A stretch of 64,000 bases of DNA, from assembly GCF_009914755.1 (NCBI RefSeq), contig NC_060939.1; one strand, written 5' to 3'. The number at the start of each line of letters is the position of its first letter. The first letter of the stretch is position 1. Both the position numbers and the translations under genes were made by a program. The DNA comes from the human T2T-CHM13v2.0 reference genome, Homo sapiens. Shown in pieces: positions 48,487-64,000 of this stretch. The notes beneath the pieces are model-generated. The model worked only from the letters and a program-made list of their open reading frames with translations, did no database searches and was not told where the DNA came from.

Positions 48487-49726
48487 CCTCTAGGAGTACT
48501 TTTAATTCTGCGGTTGGAGCAATAAGAGAGAAGGAGAAACTCCAAAACTGTCCTAATTGATTCTGAGCCTCCCCTCTCTAGAAACTGGCCTGGACTAAGA
48601 ATAGACCGCCCTGCCACAAGCATCCACCCTAAGTGTTTCTGGTTTACATTGCCCTCTTAGGGCCTCTGAGACTCTCCTCAGGTTCGGTGTTTTCATAGCA
48701 GAGTGCTGTCTAGCCTGTTCACATGTCCGTCCTGCATTCTGAAGCCCCACTCTCTGAGCCAGGGGAGATCAGGGACATTCTTGAGCAGAGCCAGTGCAGG
48801 GAGTGCACAGTCCTGGAGCAGGTAAAGACCTGGAGCAGCAAGTGAAAGACCCAGAGCAGAGGATGACATGGAGTGACAGCAAGAGGTTAGAGGGAAGTCT
48901 CAATCTCACTTGGCATCGTCTAGCAGAAAGACCAATGAATTAATTTGAGGTTAGTTCGTGTGGGTCCTGAGGCCTGCAGACAGTGTGGGGTAACAATACT
49001 AATGATGAGAGTGATGAGTGTCTCCCGTGGCCGTGTCCTCTCTGAATCTCTGAGCATTTTATCTTTCATCTCTGTGGGAGTTGCGGCTTAATAATAATAA
49101 TTAGAGTACCCTGAGCATCGGTGCTTTGTAGAACACAGCATTAAGCCCTGTTTCTGCCTCCTTGGAGTGTAGTCTGTATGAACTGGCAGACATTTGGGAG
49201 GTGGAGCCCTCTGACAGAGGGGAAGAACATGATAGAATGCAAAGGTCAGGGATATTCTGAGTCACCTAATTGATACCTAACATTCTTTTGGCTCTTGGTA
49301 GGTCAGAGTGGCCTTTCCTTCATGCCTGCCAAAGCACAAAGATCAGTGGCCTCACCCAAGTCTCACAGACCCAAGAGTCTAGTCTGGGGATCCCAGGCTC
49401 TAGCTTATACATGGTACCTTCCTGGTTTTGGGGAATGCTTGTTCCTCTGTGGCCATGAGTTATGCTTTAACGAGTTGGTGTTCTTTCCTGTGGTACCAGC
49501 AGACTGAGCCCTGCCGAAAATAGGTGATGCACGCTGGGTTTTTCCCGTGTGATCAAGAAGCCCGGTGGGCAGAACAGAAGAAGCTGCAGAAGTCATAGCT
49601 CCATTCTCCTGAAAACATGGGTGTCTGGAAAGTAGCCAGTGCCTCAGGATGGTCCCAAGTACCTTCAGCACCTTCTTCCCAAACACACTCTGTCTGTAAC
49701 ATGTCACTTCTCTCTTCCTCTAACAG

Positions 49727-49818
49727 GTGACCTTGGAGAAGGTGCTGGGAATTACAGTGTCTGGAGGCAGAGGACTTGCCTGTGACCCCCGATCAGGTTT
49801 AGTTGCTTACCCAGCAGG
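49727..49818 (+). CDS. MAPKBP1: MAPKBP1 coding exon ([31 protein letters not shown])
   Basis: ctctaacag| and GG|gtaagt; 92 nt; resembles the WDR62/MAPKBP1 N-terminal motif. Confidence 0.95.
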
Positions 49819-50109
49819 GTAAGTAAGCGCCTTGGAAGAGATCTTGATGCATGGGAATTTATAGCCACGCTAGAGCAGTTGGGATGGGCAGGGATTTTCT
49901 GGTATCTTCTGGAAGATAGATACAGGTTAATGTTTTGTTGTCATTTTTGTAAAGAGACGCAGGACCAGGTAAAGGTTCTTTGTCGGGTGCTGTCATTGTT
50001 GCCATCCTGTGCTGCTTTTCAGTTATCTACCTCACCTCCCACACACAGATTTACACTTTATGTTACACACAGTTCCCAGCACCATCTTCAGTAACTACCT
50101 TCCAGTCAT

Positions 50110-51100
<991 letters not shown>

Positions 51101-51417
51101 GCCTGTTCTAGTCACTTTGAGAGAGATCAGTGCCATAGAAGAGAAGTAGGGGAGTGGGGCTACTATTCTTTCTCTTGCTGCCTTTTCACTCCTCTGCTCC
51201 TACAAGTGGGAAACCTCCAACCATAGTTTCTTCAGGCTTCTGGAGAAAGCTTGGAACCCCTCCTGCTTCTGGCTCACTCTGTTCCATGCTGATAGGCACA
51301 GGAATGTGAAAATGAGTAGCGCTACTGCTGTACCTTTCTTACTCTACCATTAACTTGTTAATGCCTAGTTCATTCCCCAATGTAATTTTCATAGCAACTT
51401 TTATAGTTTTTATACTA

Positions 51418-51782
<365 letters not shown>

Positions 51783-51802
51783 CTACCTTTATCAATCAAG
51801 TA

Positions 51803-52919
51803 CAGTCATGTGTCACTTAATGATGGGGATATGTTCTGAGAAATGTGTCATTTGGCAGTTTCGTTGTTGAGTGAACATTACAGAGTATACTTACACAAAC
51901 CCTAGATGGTATAGCCTACTACATACCTAGGCTACATGGTGTAGCCGGTTGCGCCTGGGCTACAAACCTGCACAGCAGGTTACTGTACTGAATACTGTAC
52001 ATAATCCTAAGACAATGGTATTTGTATATTTAAACATAGAAAAAGTATGGTTAAAATATCATATAAAATATATTTTAAAAAGGCACACCTGTATAAGGCA
52101 CTTACCATGAATGGAGTTTCCAGGACTGGAAGTTGTTCTGGGTGAGTCAGTGAGTGAGTGGTGAGTGAGTGTGAGTGCCAGAAACATTACTGTACACTTT
52201 ACAAACACTGTACACTTGGCCATACTAAATTTATTTTAAAAACATACATTCAATAATAGATTAACCTAACTTACTGTAACTTTCTTACATTTTATAAACT
52301 TTTTTTTTTAACTTCTTGACTCTTGTAGTAACACTTAGCTTAAAACACAAACACAGTACAGCTATACAAAAATATCTTTCTTTTATCTTTTTTCCGAGAT
52401 GGAGTCTCCCTCTGTCACCCAGGCTGGAATGCAGTGGCACGATCTTAGCTCACTGCAACCTCTGCCTCCTGGGTTCAAGTGATTCTCCTGCCTCAGCCTC
52501 CTGAGTAGTTGGGATTACAGGCTCCTGCCACCACGCCTGGCTAATTTTTGTATTTTTAGTAGAGATGGGGTTTCGCCATGTTGGCCAGGCTGGTCTTGAA
52601 CTAATGACCTCAAGTGATCAGCCCTCCTTGGCCTCCCAAAGTGCTGGCATTACAGGCATGAGCTACTGTGCCTGACCCAAAAGTATTTTCTTTTTATCTT
52701 CTATAAGCTTTAAATGTTGTTTTTAACTTTTTAAACTTTTTTGTTAAAAACAAAGACACAAACACACACATTAGCCTAGCGCATAGAACTACATAGGGTC
52801 AGGATCATCAAGATGTCACTAAGTGACAGGAATATTTTAGCTCCATTATAATCTTACGGGACTACTGTCATACATGCCCTTCGCTGTTGACCAAAATGTT
52901 ATTATGTGACGTATGACTG
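51803..52919 (+). mobile_element. Tigger3 (MER7B/Tigger3b-like) element with an antisense Alu at 52378-52678
   Basis: TA|cagtcatg ... atgactg|TA termini with TA target duplication. Confidence 0.82.
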
Positions 52920-53032
52920 TACTTATTCTATGCCAGGTACTTTTTAAGCACTTTATATGAATTATTTAATACTCTGAGCAACTATTATCACCCTCATATT
53001 TTAGAGGAGGAAATTGAGATCCAAAGAGGTCA

Positions 53033-53635
<603 letters not shown>

Positions 53636-53704
53636 CCAAAAGGGTTAAGGAGTTTGCTTGAGGTAACATAGCTAGTGTGTGTAATGGGGTTCTAACCCAA
53701 GTAG

Positions 53705-54067
<363 letters not shown>

Positions 54068-57000
54068 TAACAAATTGCTTTTCCTCTAAGCTGCCTACCT
54101 GCCCTTTGAATGAGAAGAGCCCCATTTATGGGCAGGTCAGTCTGTGCAAGGGAGACTTCTGCCCCTGGGTTTGGGGTCAGTGTCTCTCCCAAGTGGTCCT
54201 CTGGTGTTTAATGGCTGCAGTAAGGGTGCTGTGGGAGCCACACGGGCTCTGCCTGGCAAAGGCTGGGCTAGGCTCCATTTTCCCCTAGAGAAGCAAGCTG
54301 ATGGAAAGACCTCTCTACTGGATAAGTTTGTGCAGCCTGCCTCAGGGGAATTCCACTTGTTCTTGCCTCTGCCTGGGAAAGCCAGGTTCCCTCTTGTTGG
54401 AGGTGGGGCTGGGGCTGGATGTAGCACAGGCAAAAAAGGCCTTGGGGTGCTGCTTGGTGCATGCTGAGACCTGTGTCCCTGCCCTGGAGAGTGTGGAGTC
54501 CTGCCCGCTTTCTTCCTCACACACCCCTGGACTCCAGGCCTGGCCTTTAAGGGCATGTGCTTATGCATGTTTATGAGCAGGTCTCAGCCCAGTGCATGTG
54601 CCTGGGAGTCATGATCCTTCCAGATGGTGTACAGGCTTTTCTGATGGAACCTCTAGTAGGTTTCCTAAGCGTGTATGCTTGGCTTAGGCCATCCCTGGGC
54701 AGTGCCCCTAATCTGTTCCCTGACCTTTTGATTTCTTAGAACTTGAAGTTGTCTGTGCAAATGGCTTCTTTTCTGGGTGTTTGAGTTTTGCTGTGTTCTA
54801 GAACTCCCTGATGTGCTGCTGTGATGTTGGGGGCCACCAGATTCTGTGTGAGCACAAGCAGGTTCTTCACCTCCCTCCTTGTCTCCCTGCTTTTCTTATC
54901 TGATCATCCTTACACTGCCCCCAGCCCCCACGCTCTTGTTCCTCCTGTGCCTGTTGCTTTGGGAGCCAGCTCAGGTATCCTAGAAACAAGGAGAGAAACA
55001 AAACTCAGAAAATTCTCTGAGGCCCGGAGGCGAATATCAAACCAAAACAAAGTTTTCTGAAAGGAAATGGAACAGCACAGGAAAGGAGGGTGGGCAGTGT
55101 GTCAGGCAGAGGTGGGTAGGAGCTCCAGGCTGAGCATGGAGCCTGTCCTAGTGGCTCCTACATCCCTTGGCCGTTGTTTCCCCACGGGAAGCCCCCCTAC
55201 TAGAGGATGCCAGACAGCCCCTTTGAGAGACTTAATTGAGTTGAACACCCTTAATTGAGTTGGGCCTTTTCCTCAGCCAGCTGGTGGAAGGTTGATGGGC
55301 CTTCAAGCCCAGCACAGCCCCTGTGCCCCTGTGCCCCTGTGCCCAGTCCTGAGAATGGGTTTCTCCTGGCTCCTATGCCAGAATGGCCTGGGTGAGTGCC
55401 CTGCGCACAGCTGCTCCTCTCCCGCTGGGATGGGAAGTGTCCCAGCAAGGTGACGGGGTGTATCTGGCAGCTAAGAAGAGACCTCTTGGTTGATTTAAGT
55501 GGGGAGGAGAAGAGGGAACCCCTGCTCTCCTGAGGAGGCCCTCCATTTCCTCAGCCCATGTTAAAATTGATTCTGAGATCCTCAGCTTTGAAGCATTGCA
55601 CTGGGTGTGACAGAATTCTCCTCCTGAACTGTGTTCTCGTGACACCTGAGCTGAAGGAACACAGAGCTACCTTCTTACTTGCTGTAGGGTATTCGCCAGG
55701 GACAGTAGAGAGACCAGGTGGGCCTGAGAGAAGAAAAGGTTGGGACTTGGTGCCCAGGATCATGCAGTGTGTTAGCAGACAGGCCTGTGACCTCAGTGTT
55801 CTGCTCTTTCCACCTCTACACTGCCCTTGAGCATCAAGGAGTCCTAAATGCCTGAGGTACAGGAGAACCATGGACCTCTCCCCAGGGCCCTCATTCACAC
55901 TCTGCTACCCAGGAGGTTCCTTGGCAGCCAGGGCTTTGAGATCTTGCCCCTAGTGACTTGAAGACATATTCACTTGTTTACAAATAATTACTGAGGGCCT
56001 ATCGTCTAGGCCCTGGGAAATTAACAGTAAGTAAAACAGACCAAAAATACCATCCTCACAGAACTGGCAGTCTGGTGTGTGAAGATGGATCCCCACCCCC
56101 AGTGTAAGTTATAAGCGTGATTACAAATTGATGTGTGCTTTGGAAACAGTAGAAGCGGTAGCAGTGACGGAGGTAGGGTTGTAATGATAAATAGGGCTGG
56201 AGGGCGACATTTGAGCGAGGCCAGAAGCCCCTTTGGCATGCTTCTGTGAGTCATTCTCAGATTTTACCTGGTCTGAAAGAAAACAATTCAAAGGCCCAGG
56301 GTCCCTGGTTGACCTTGTGTGTCCTGCTCCCTGTGTCTGTGCTGCCCCATGCATAGCTCATCCCATCTGGGGGATGGAGAGTGGTAGGAGGTGGATCCTA
56401 TGGGAATCCTGGGCTCTTTGTGGTAGCAGCAGGCCTGGACCTGTGTAGGGAAGGGGGATGTTGAAGGCTTGGCCCTTCCTGGGCAGTGGGCCCAGCACCT
56501 GGCACTGGTACTCCACAGCGTGACTCCCCCAGGCTGAGGCCTTACGTCCTTCTGTGAGAGTGAGCAGCCGCCCTGCACCCTCAGGTGCTGAGTTGCAGGA
56601 CTCAGCTGATTGGTCCAACCCAGCCCTTGGCATGTGGTGGATCCCAGCCAGCACTGAGCAAGGGCTCACCCTGCTGGGCAGGGTCAGGGGATGTGGAGAG
56701 AAAGATTGATACAAACTGTGCCCCGCACTCCTCTCCCCAGCTGACCTAGGAGCTTGCTCAGAGTTCACCAAGGAGGCTGAGAGGGCTCCTTGGTGCTTTT
56801 GAGAACAGGTCAGGAGGGCCTCAAGTCAAGCACACAAGGAGCCCTGGCTATGCTGCTCTCACTTCAGCATCTGCGTTATCGTCCCTGCATGTGTAGCTGC
56901 GACCGTGGTTGCATGCTGTCTTTCTCTTGTTGGATGGCTTCCAAATATCAATAATTAGAAATAAAAATAGTTGCTTAAGGGATGACCTCTGTGTGTTTCC

Positions 57001-57667
57001 TTTTCTTGCTTAGCTCTTCCATGGCACACCTGAGAATTTCTTAGGCTATACTGGGGGCAAGGGGATGTTAGAGGAGGGAGAAATTGCCTCATTGCCTCTA
57101 GCCAGTCATCCTTCTATCTACGTAGTGTTCCTACACACACACACATGCATCATTCACCCTTCTTCCACCATGGAGCTGAACATAGGAGAAGGAGGAAACA
57201 GAGGATATTGTGTCCCAGGAAGACTGAGTTTGTATGCAGTGACTTGGAAAGTGTTTTAAGCAGTCTGATGCACTACCCTTTAAAGGCTGAAATGCTGCTT
57301 TGGGATGAGAATTAAGGGAAAACTCATAAACTTGCAAATAGATCCCAGTTTTTCTGGATTTGGAATATGGTTGGCTGGATTATGCATCGAGTCAATTCAA
57401 TTAGATCAACTCTCAGCTGAAGCCCTTTACTGTGGTTCCTGTGTAACTAATCAGAAGGCTAGGGAACCTGTCCCCATTCAGACTAGAGCCTTTGCTGGAG
57501 AGAGGAGTCTGTAGAGGGCCTCAGGTCAGCACAGATTGCAGGAAGGTTCAGAAAACGTTGTTTAACCACTGAGAACTTTCTGGGCTCTGAATTCATGATA
57601 GTGGCAGGCCTGGGGCTATTACTTTTCATATACTGCATAAAGTATTAAAACCTAAATATCTAAATTT

Positions 57668-59135
<1,468 letters not shown>

Positions 59136-60346
59136 CAGAGAAAGGAAACAGGAACAAGGAAAGAGTAGGAAATGGAGAAAGAAGGAGGAAAAAAAAACAG
59201 GAAGAGTTGAGGGGTTAGAGGAGAAAATGATGTGACTCAGGAATTCCACAGCTGTTGGTCAGCCTGGCAGTTCTGGGCATATCTAGTCACATCGGAGGTC
59301 CCAGTGTCCCCAAATTTGCATATCAAAGTGGTTTATTGAGCCCAAGATGCTTAGCCCTCACTAGCAACTTGCACCTACCTCCCTTCAAGTTTCCAGCCAG
59401 TAGTGGCGTTCAGATATGGGGGCTGCAGTGGGGTCCCACTAGGGAAAATTAGGTCTGGGGGAAGTAGCTGTCTCCTCTTTCTCTCCTCCCTGCCTTTCCT
59501 ATTCGCAGTCTCCAGGCTTGCTCTTGTCTGCTATTTCCAGTGCTAATGAAGAGTTGAGGCAGAAGGGGCAACGGGCCAGGGCCTGCTGACAGCCAGGAAG
59601 CCTAAAGAGAAGCTGCCTGGCTATTGGCCTTTGGCTTCTTGCCCCCGATTCCTACTACCCAGCTTCCATCTCCGGAGCTGCCTCTGGAAAGGCAGGACCT
59701 GATTCCATCCAGCAGCCTTGCTGCCTGACGGGAGAGGTTGCCCCCACCTTCTCTGTGAGGCAGGCAGAGTCCCTGATTCTGCTTCTGGCAGTCGGGGGGT
59801 TCTTCTCAGGTTTCTTGGGGCCAGAGATTCTCAGGGTGGGGCTTGGGACCTCTGTGGCACTGTAAGGCTTTCCCAGGCCTTCTCAGGCTATCTCTATCCC
59901 CCACCCCATCTTACTGAGCCTCTCTGCTGTGTGGCCCCTGCCTCGCCTCCCACTTCCTTCCTTATTCAACACATGGTGTGGGGGGCCAGCTCTTGCCAAG
60001 TACACACGTGGGTGCACACGTGAGAGGCCTTACATCTTAAGGCACACATGCTTGATACACGTGTGGCCCCAAGCCTGTGAACGGGCTGTGCACCCGAGGC
60101 CTGCTTTGCCCAAATCACATTTCTTCTTCCCTCCTACACCCCTTCCTGGGGTATGCACAAGGGCTGCGGGATGGCCTGTGTCCCTGCTGCCCTTTGTGGG
60201 TATGGCCAGAGATAGAGCTGGTATTTAGGGGCCTGGCTGGGGGGACAGGCTTCCAGGGAACCCTTTCACCCTCATGGGGCTACAGAGATAGTTCCTCTTG
60301 GGTGGGGAAAAGGAGCAAGAACAGGTTGCCAGGAGAAAGCAGTGGA

Positions 60347-60662
60347 GGCTGGGCACGGTGGCTTATGCCTGTAATCCCAGCACTTTGGGAGGCAGATCAC
60401 TTGAGTTCAAGAGTTTGGGACCAGCCTGGGCAACGTGGCAAGATCCCGTGTCTACAAAAAAAAAAAAAAAAAATACAAAGATTAGCTTGCATGGTGGCAC
60501 ATGCCTGTGGTTCCAGCTACTAGGGAGGCTAAGGTGGGAGGATTGCTTGAACCTGCAGGTTGAGGCTGCACTGAGCCATGTTTGCACCACTGCACTCTGG
60601 CTGGGATGACAGAGTAAGATCCTGTCTCAAAAAAAAAAAAAAAAAAAAGAAAAGGAAAAAAA
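60347..60662 (+). mobile_element. AluJ-like
   Basis: Full Alu; flanked by aaagcagtgga / aaacagtgga. Confidence 0.9.
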
Positions 60663-60791
60663 CAGTGGAGCCCTTCTGAGCTCTTTCTACCCAGCTCCCT
60701 CTGCCGGGTGACTGGAAGTCCTGGGTGGCCTGGAGGGCTCCTGGGGGAGCTGTGGTTTGCTGCTGAGCCTGTTGTCTGCTCATCTCCTCAG

Positions 60792-60854
60792 GTGTGTGGT
60801 TGTGTTGTTCAATCCCCGGAAACACAAACAGCACCACATCCTCAACAGTTCCAG
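60792..60854 (+). CDS. MAPKBP1: MAPKBP1 coding exon (CVVVLFNPRKHKQHHILNSS)
   Basis: ctcctcag| and CAG|gtaaat; 63 nt, phase 2 to 2. Confidence 0.94.
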
Positions 60855-61086
60855 GTAAATGGGCTGGGGTCCTCAGGATACCTCTTCCTTCTGGGAGCTA
60901 TGAGAAGGGCACTGTCTAGAGTCTCTATGGCTCTGGGGGCTGGGACCTGGTTGGGTCCTAAAGCCAGATGGGGAAGTGCCACATGTGCCATTGGTGTCTG
61001 CTGGTCTCACCTTTTGAGAGGCTGGGAGGGGGCTAGGCTTAGGCCAGGCTGCCAGTGCCCCTCTGAGCCTGCCCCATCTCTTGCAG

Positions 61087-61144
61087 GAAAACCATCACTG
61101 CCCTTGCCTTCTCCCCTGATGGCAAGTACTTGGTCACTGGAGAG
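61087..61144 (+). CDS. MAPKBP1: MAPKBP1 WD40 exon ([19 protein letters not shown])
   Basis: cttgcag| and GAG|gtgagt; classic WD40 strand motif. Confidence 0.95.
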
Positions 61145-61281
61145 GTGAGTGAGGAAGAGGGCTGGCAGTACTGTAAAGAGGGCAGGTGTCCTGGCCTCCG
61201 CAGAGAGCTGCGGTCCTAGGCCTGCTGTCACTTTGGCTTCTGAAACAGACACCAAATCCTGGTTTTCGCTATACCTTAAAA

Positions 61282-61469
61282 TAGTGGTTCTCAAGCTTTA
61301 GTGTACATCAGAATCACTTGGAGGGCTTGTGAAAGCACACATCACTAGCCTGGTCCTCAGAGTTTCTGATTCTGTAGGTCTGGGATGGGAGTCTGAAATG
61401 TGCATTTGTAACAAGTTCCCAGAGAGTGCTGATCCTGCTGGTGAAGGAAGCGTGCTTTGGAAACCACTG
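61282..61469. mobile_element. MER5A (hAT-Charlie MITE)
   Basis: agtggttctcaa...catcagaatcac...aaaccactg; degenerate 8-bp TSD ccttaaaa / ccttaact. Confidence 0.8.
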
Positions 61470-61865
61470 CCTTAACTATTCCTTACCCCCGGGGGCCCCC
61501 TGCTGGGCTCAGGAGGAACGCTTCTGTCCTGGCGGCGTAGTCTTACTAGGGGCAGAAATAGACCTGAGTGGTAGTGGCTCTCAATGCCGGCTGCCCATCA
61601 GAACCATTCAGGGAGCTTTGAACAACCTGAAGTACAGACGGCCACCCAGAGATGCTGACTAAAATCCGGGGCCACTTTCTTCCTGGTAATCACTGTTGCC
61701 CTCAGATCTTTATCATATTTCCTCTATACCCTGCCCTGACTTTTGGCTGGGGAAGTGATGGTATCTAGTAGCTGAGGAGGCGAGGGCCCCGCTCTGGAAG
61801 ACGAAGTGGGGCTGTATGCCTGTGGAGAAGTCAAGAACTCACTTCCAGTTCTTGCCTCCCTGCAG

Positions 61866-62036
61866 AGTGGGCACATGCCTGCCGTGCGGGTTTGGGACGT
61901 GGCAGAGCACAGCCAGGTGGCCGAGCTGCAGGAGCACAAGTATGGTGTGGCTTGTGTGGCCTTCTCTCCTAGCGCCAAGTACATTGTCTCTGTGGGCTAC
62001 CAGCATGACATGATCGTCAACGTGTGGGCCTGGAAG
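61866..62036 (+). CDS. MAPKBP1: MAPKBP1 WD40 exon ([11 protein letters not shown]...VNVWAWK)
   Basis: ccctgcag| and AAG|gtgagt; 171 nt; WD signature. Confidence 0.96.
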
Positions 62037-62424
62037 GTGAGTGGCTGGGTGGGGTGGCCTGGCAGCCTCACAGGGGTCAAGTGTCAGCTGGGGAGGCAAG
62101 AGACTGCTGACCTGCACTGCTCCATTCCACCCCACTGAACCATTCTCATTCTAGAAAGTTATTTGAAGCAGAAAAGAGCAACTGTGTGGCCAAGCATGTT
62201 GGTTGAAGGGGCTAGCTTTATGCCTTCAAAGACTTCTGCAGGAAACGAATCTTTTCAGCTCCTCTAGAAAGGGATTATTTCCCTACCCCTCTTTTTCTGG
62301 CCAGTAAATTCTGGAAAGAAACACTTTGTCAAGTACAAATTCTAATTCTCCTCCATTCTCTGAGTCACTGTCTTCTTAGCTCCAAGAGACAGAGCCTTGA
62401 TTCTTCCTTTGGCATCCCCTCCAG

Positions 62425-62562
62425 AAAAACATTGTGGTGGCCTCCAACAAGGTGTCCAGTCGGGTGACAGCAGTGTCCTTCTCTGAGGATTGCAGCTACT
62501 TTGTCACTGCAGGCAACCGACACATCAAATTCTGGTATCTCGATGACAGCAAGACCTCAAAG
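62425..62562 (+). CDS. MAPKBP1: MAPKBP1 WD40 exon ([10 protein letters not shown]...DDSKTSK)
   Basis: cctccag| and AAG|gtgagg; 138 nt, open frame. Confidence 0.95.
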
Positions 62563-62827
62563 GTGAGGTGCTGAAGCTGGGAGTAGCCACCAAGGCCCCT
62601 GGCAGGGCCTGCCCAGCCCAACCCAGAAGACTCTGCCCCACTTGGGCCTCTCTCTGCATTCCCAGCAGTCATGCAGAAGTTTTGGATGAGCCAGATGCTG
62701 TCTGGGCTGAGGAGTAGGCCCAAAGAGCAAGGAGGTGCTGGAGGCGTCCCCTGTACTCTCCTAGGGCCCAGTTTCCAGGGGCAGGCTCTGGGGTGGATGG
62801 GGGTGTAACAGTGGTGTGCCTCCACAG

Positions 62828-63010
62828 GTGAATGCCACTGTGCCCTTGCTGGGCCGCTCAGGGCTGCTGGGAGAGCTACGGAACAACCTATTCACTGATG
62901 TGGCCTGTGGCAGAGGAAAAAAGGCGGACAGTACCTTCTGCATCACGTCCTCAGGGCTGCTGTGCGAGTTCAGTGATCGAAGGCTTTTGGACAAGTGGGT
63001 GGAGCTGAGG
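62828..63010 (+). CDS. MAPKBP1: MAPKBP1 WD40 exon ([10 protein letters not shown]...KWVELR)
   Basis: tccacag| and AGG|gtaagt; 183 nt. Confidence 0.95.
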
Positions 63011-63238
63011 GTAAGTACCTCCGTCCCCAGGGGTAGGGTCTGCTCATGTCTCAGCTCAGGGGAGAACTAGTGCCCAGGGCTTCAGACTAGGGGCTGGTCC
63101 CTTGTGCATACGGGAGATCCCAGGAGAACGAAGCTTGGGGGAGCTAGAGCTTGGCCCATTTCCAGCCCTTGGTGATCTGTATAACTGCCTCCTCTCTGCT
63201 CTTTCTGTCTCTTTCCCCTGCTTTCCTCTTCCGCTCAG

Positions 63239-63256
63239 AACATAGACAGCTTCACA
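63239..63256 (+). CDS. MAPKBP1: MAPKBP1 18-nt alternative microexon (NIDSFT)
   Basis: ~45-nt pyrimidine tract plus ctcag|, donor ACA|gtaagt, frame-preserving in a phase-0 intron. Confidence 0.85.
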
Positions 63257-63529
63257 GTAAGTGGTGCCTGCACCTTCCTCTCTTTCTCATGCTATTTCTT
63301 TCTCTTCACTGGGCTTTTCCTACTGGATCCTCTGGTGCCTAGAAGAATCCTCGGTTCCTAATCCCTGGCTGGACAGGGCTGAGGGGCTCAGAACAGGGCA
63401 GCTGGGCGGCTTTTCCCTTGCCCCTGCCTTGGCCGGTCCCTCCTCTTGGCAGGTGGCTGTTGATGGGTGGGGAGGAGAGAAGACTGAGTGGGCAGGTGGC
63501 CTTGCTGAGCTGAGCCACTCTGCCCACAG

Positions 63530-63690
63530 ACCACAGTGGCCCACTGCATCTCTGTGAGCCAAGACTACATCTTCTGTGGCTGTGCTGATGGCACCGTGCG
63601 CCTTTTCAACCCCTCTAACCTGCACTTCCTTAGCACCTTGCCCCGACCCCATGCTCTGGGGACAGACATTGCTAGCGTCACCGAGGCCAG
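63530..63690 (+). CDS. MAPKBP1: MAPKBP1 WD40 exon ([26 protein letters not shown]...VTEAS); gene continues past the window
   Basis: cccacag| and CAG|gtgagc; 161 nt. Confidence 0.95.
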
Positions 63691-64000
63691 GTGAGCTATG
63701 TGGGCCCCCCTTCCTCCATTTGTAGCCTTACCCCTGCCCAGTCTTTCTTGTCAGTGCCTCAGGGAGCAGGTGAAGAGTGTATTGATGCCCCAAAGATTAT
63801 TGGGAACACCTCTTTAGACAGAAGAATTTGGGTTTATTGGTACTTGTTGCAACCAAGGAGACCCCACCCCATGGAGAACTGTGGAGAGTCTCAGTAAGTG
63901 GGTGTTAGGAGGGACATATGGGATTTGGGTTTGCGTTGGGTGATTTTAGGAATCGTTCAAGGGATTGAAGTATTCTGGTTGGATGCTGTCCGGAACTAGG

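Overview
Primate (human-like) genomic DNA, dense in Alus, with two genes in tandem on the + strand. Positions 1-~19820 hold the 3' part of MGA (MAX dimerization protein, PRC1.6 subunit): the end of a large exon, six internal exons including the bHLH-leucine zipper, the last coding exon and a ~2.6 kb 3'UTR. After a ~4.5 kb spacer, a CpG-island promoter drives MAPKBP1 (WD40 protein). Its non-coding exon 1, ATG exon, a 24 kb intron and the first WD40 exons, including an 18-nt microexon, lie in the window. All exons were joined by hand across GT-AG sites and keep an open frame. The rest is Alu, L1, L2, MIR, Tigger and hAT-Charlie relics. MGA exon numbers assume a 24-exon gene and are from memory. 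The best leads are hidden splice switches just upstream of the MGA bHLH-zipper: a strong unused acceptor at 7926 giving an immediate stop, a perfectly flanked in-frame 9-nt microexon at 2322-2330, a tandem donor, and an exon that regenerates a donor after splicing. Other leads are a spliced uORF in frame with MAPKBP1, a 144-bp-period duplication near the MAPKBP1 promoter, and tight E-box and octamer clusters. None of these has been tested against expression or conservation data.
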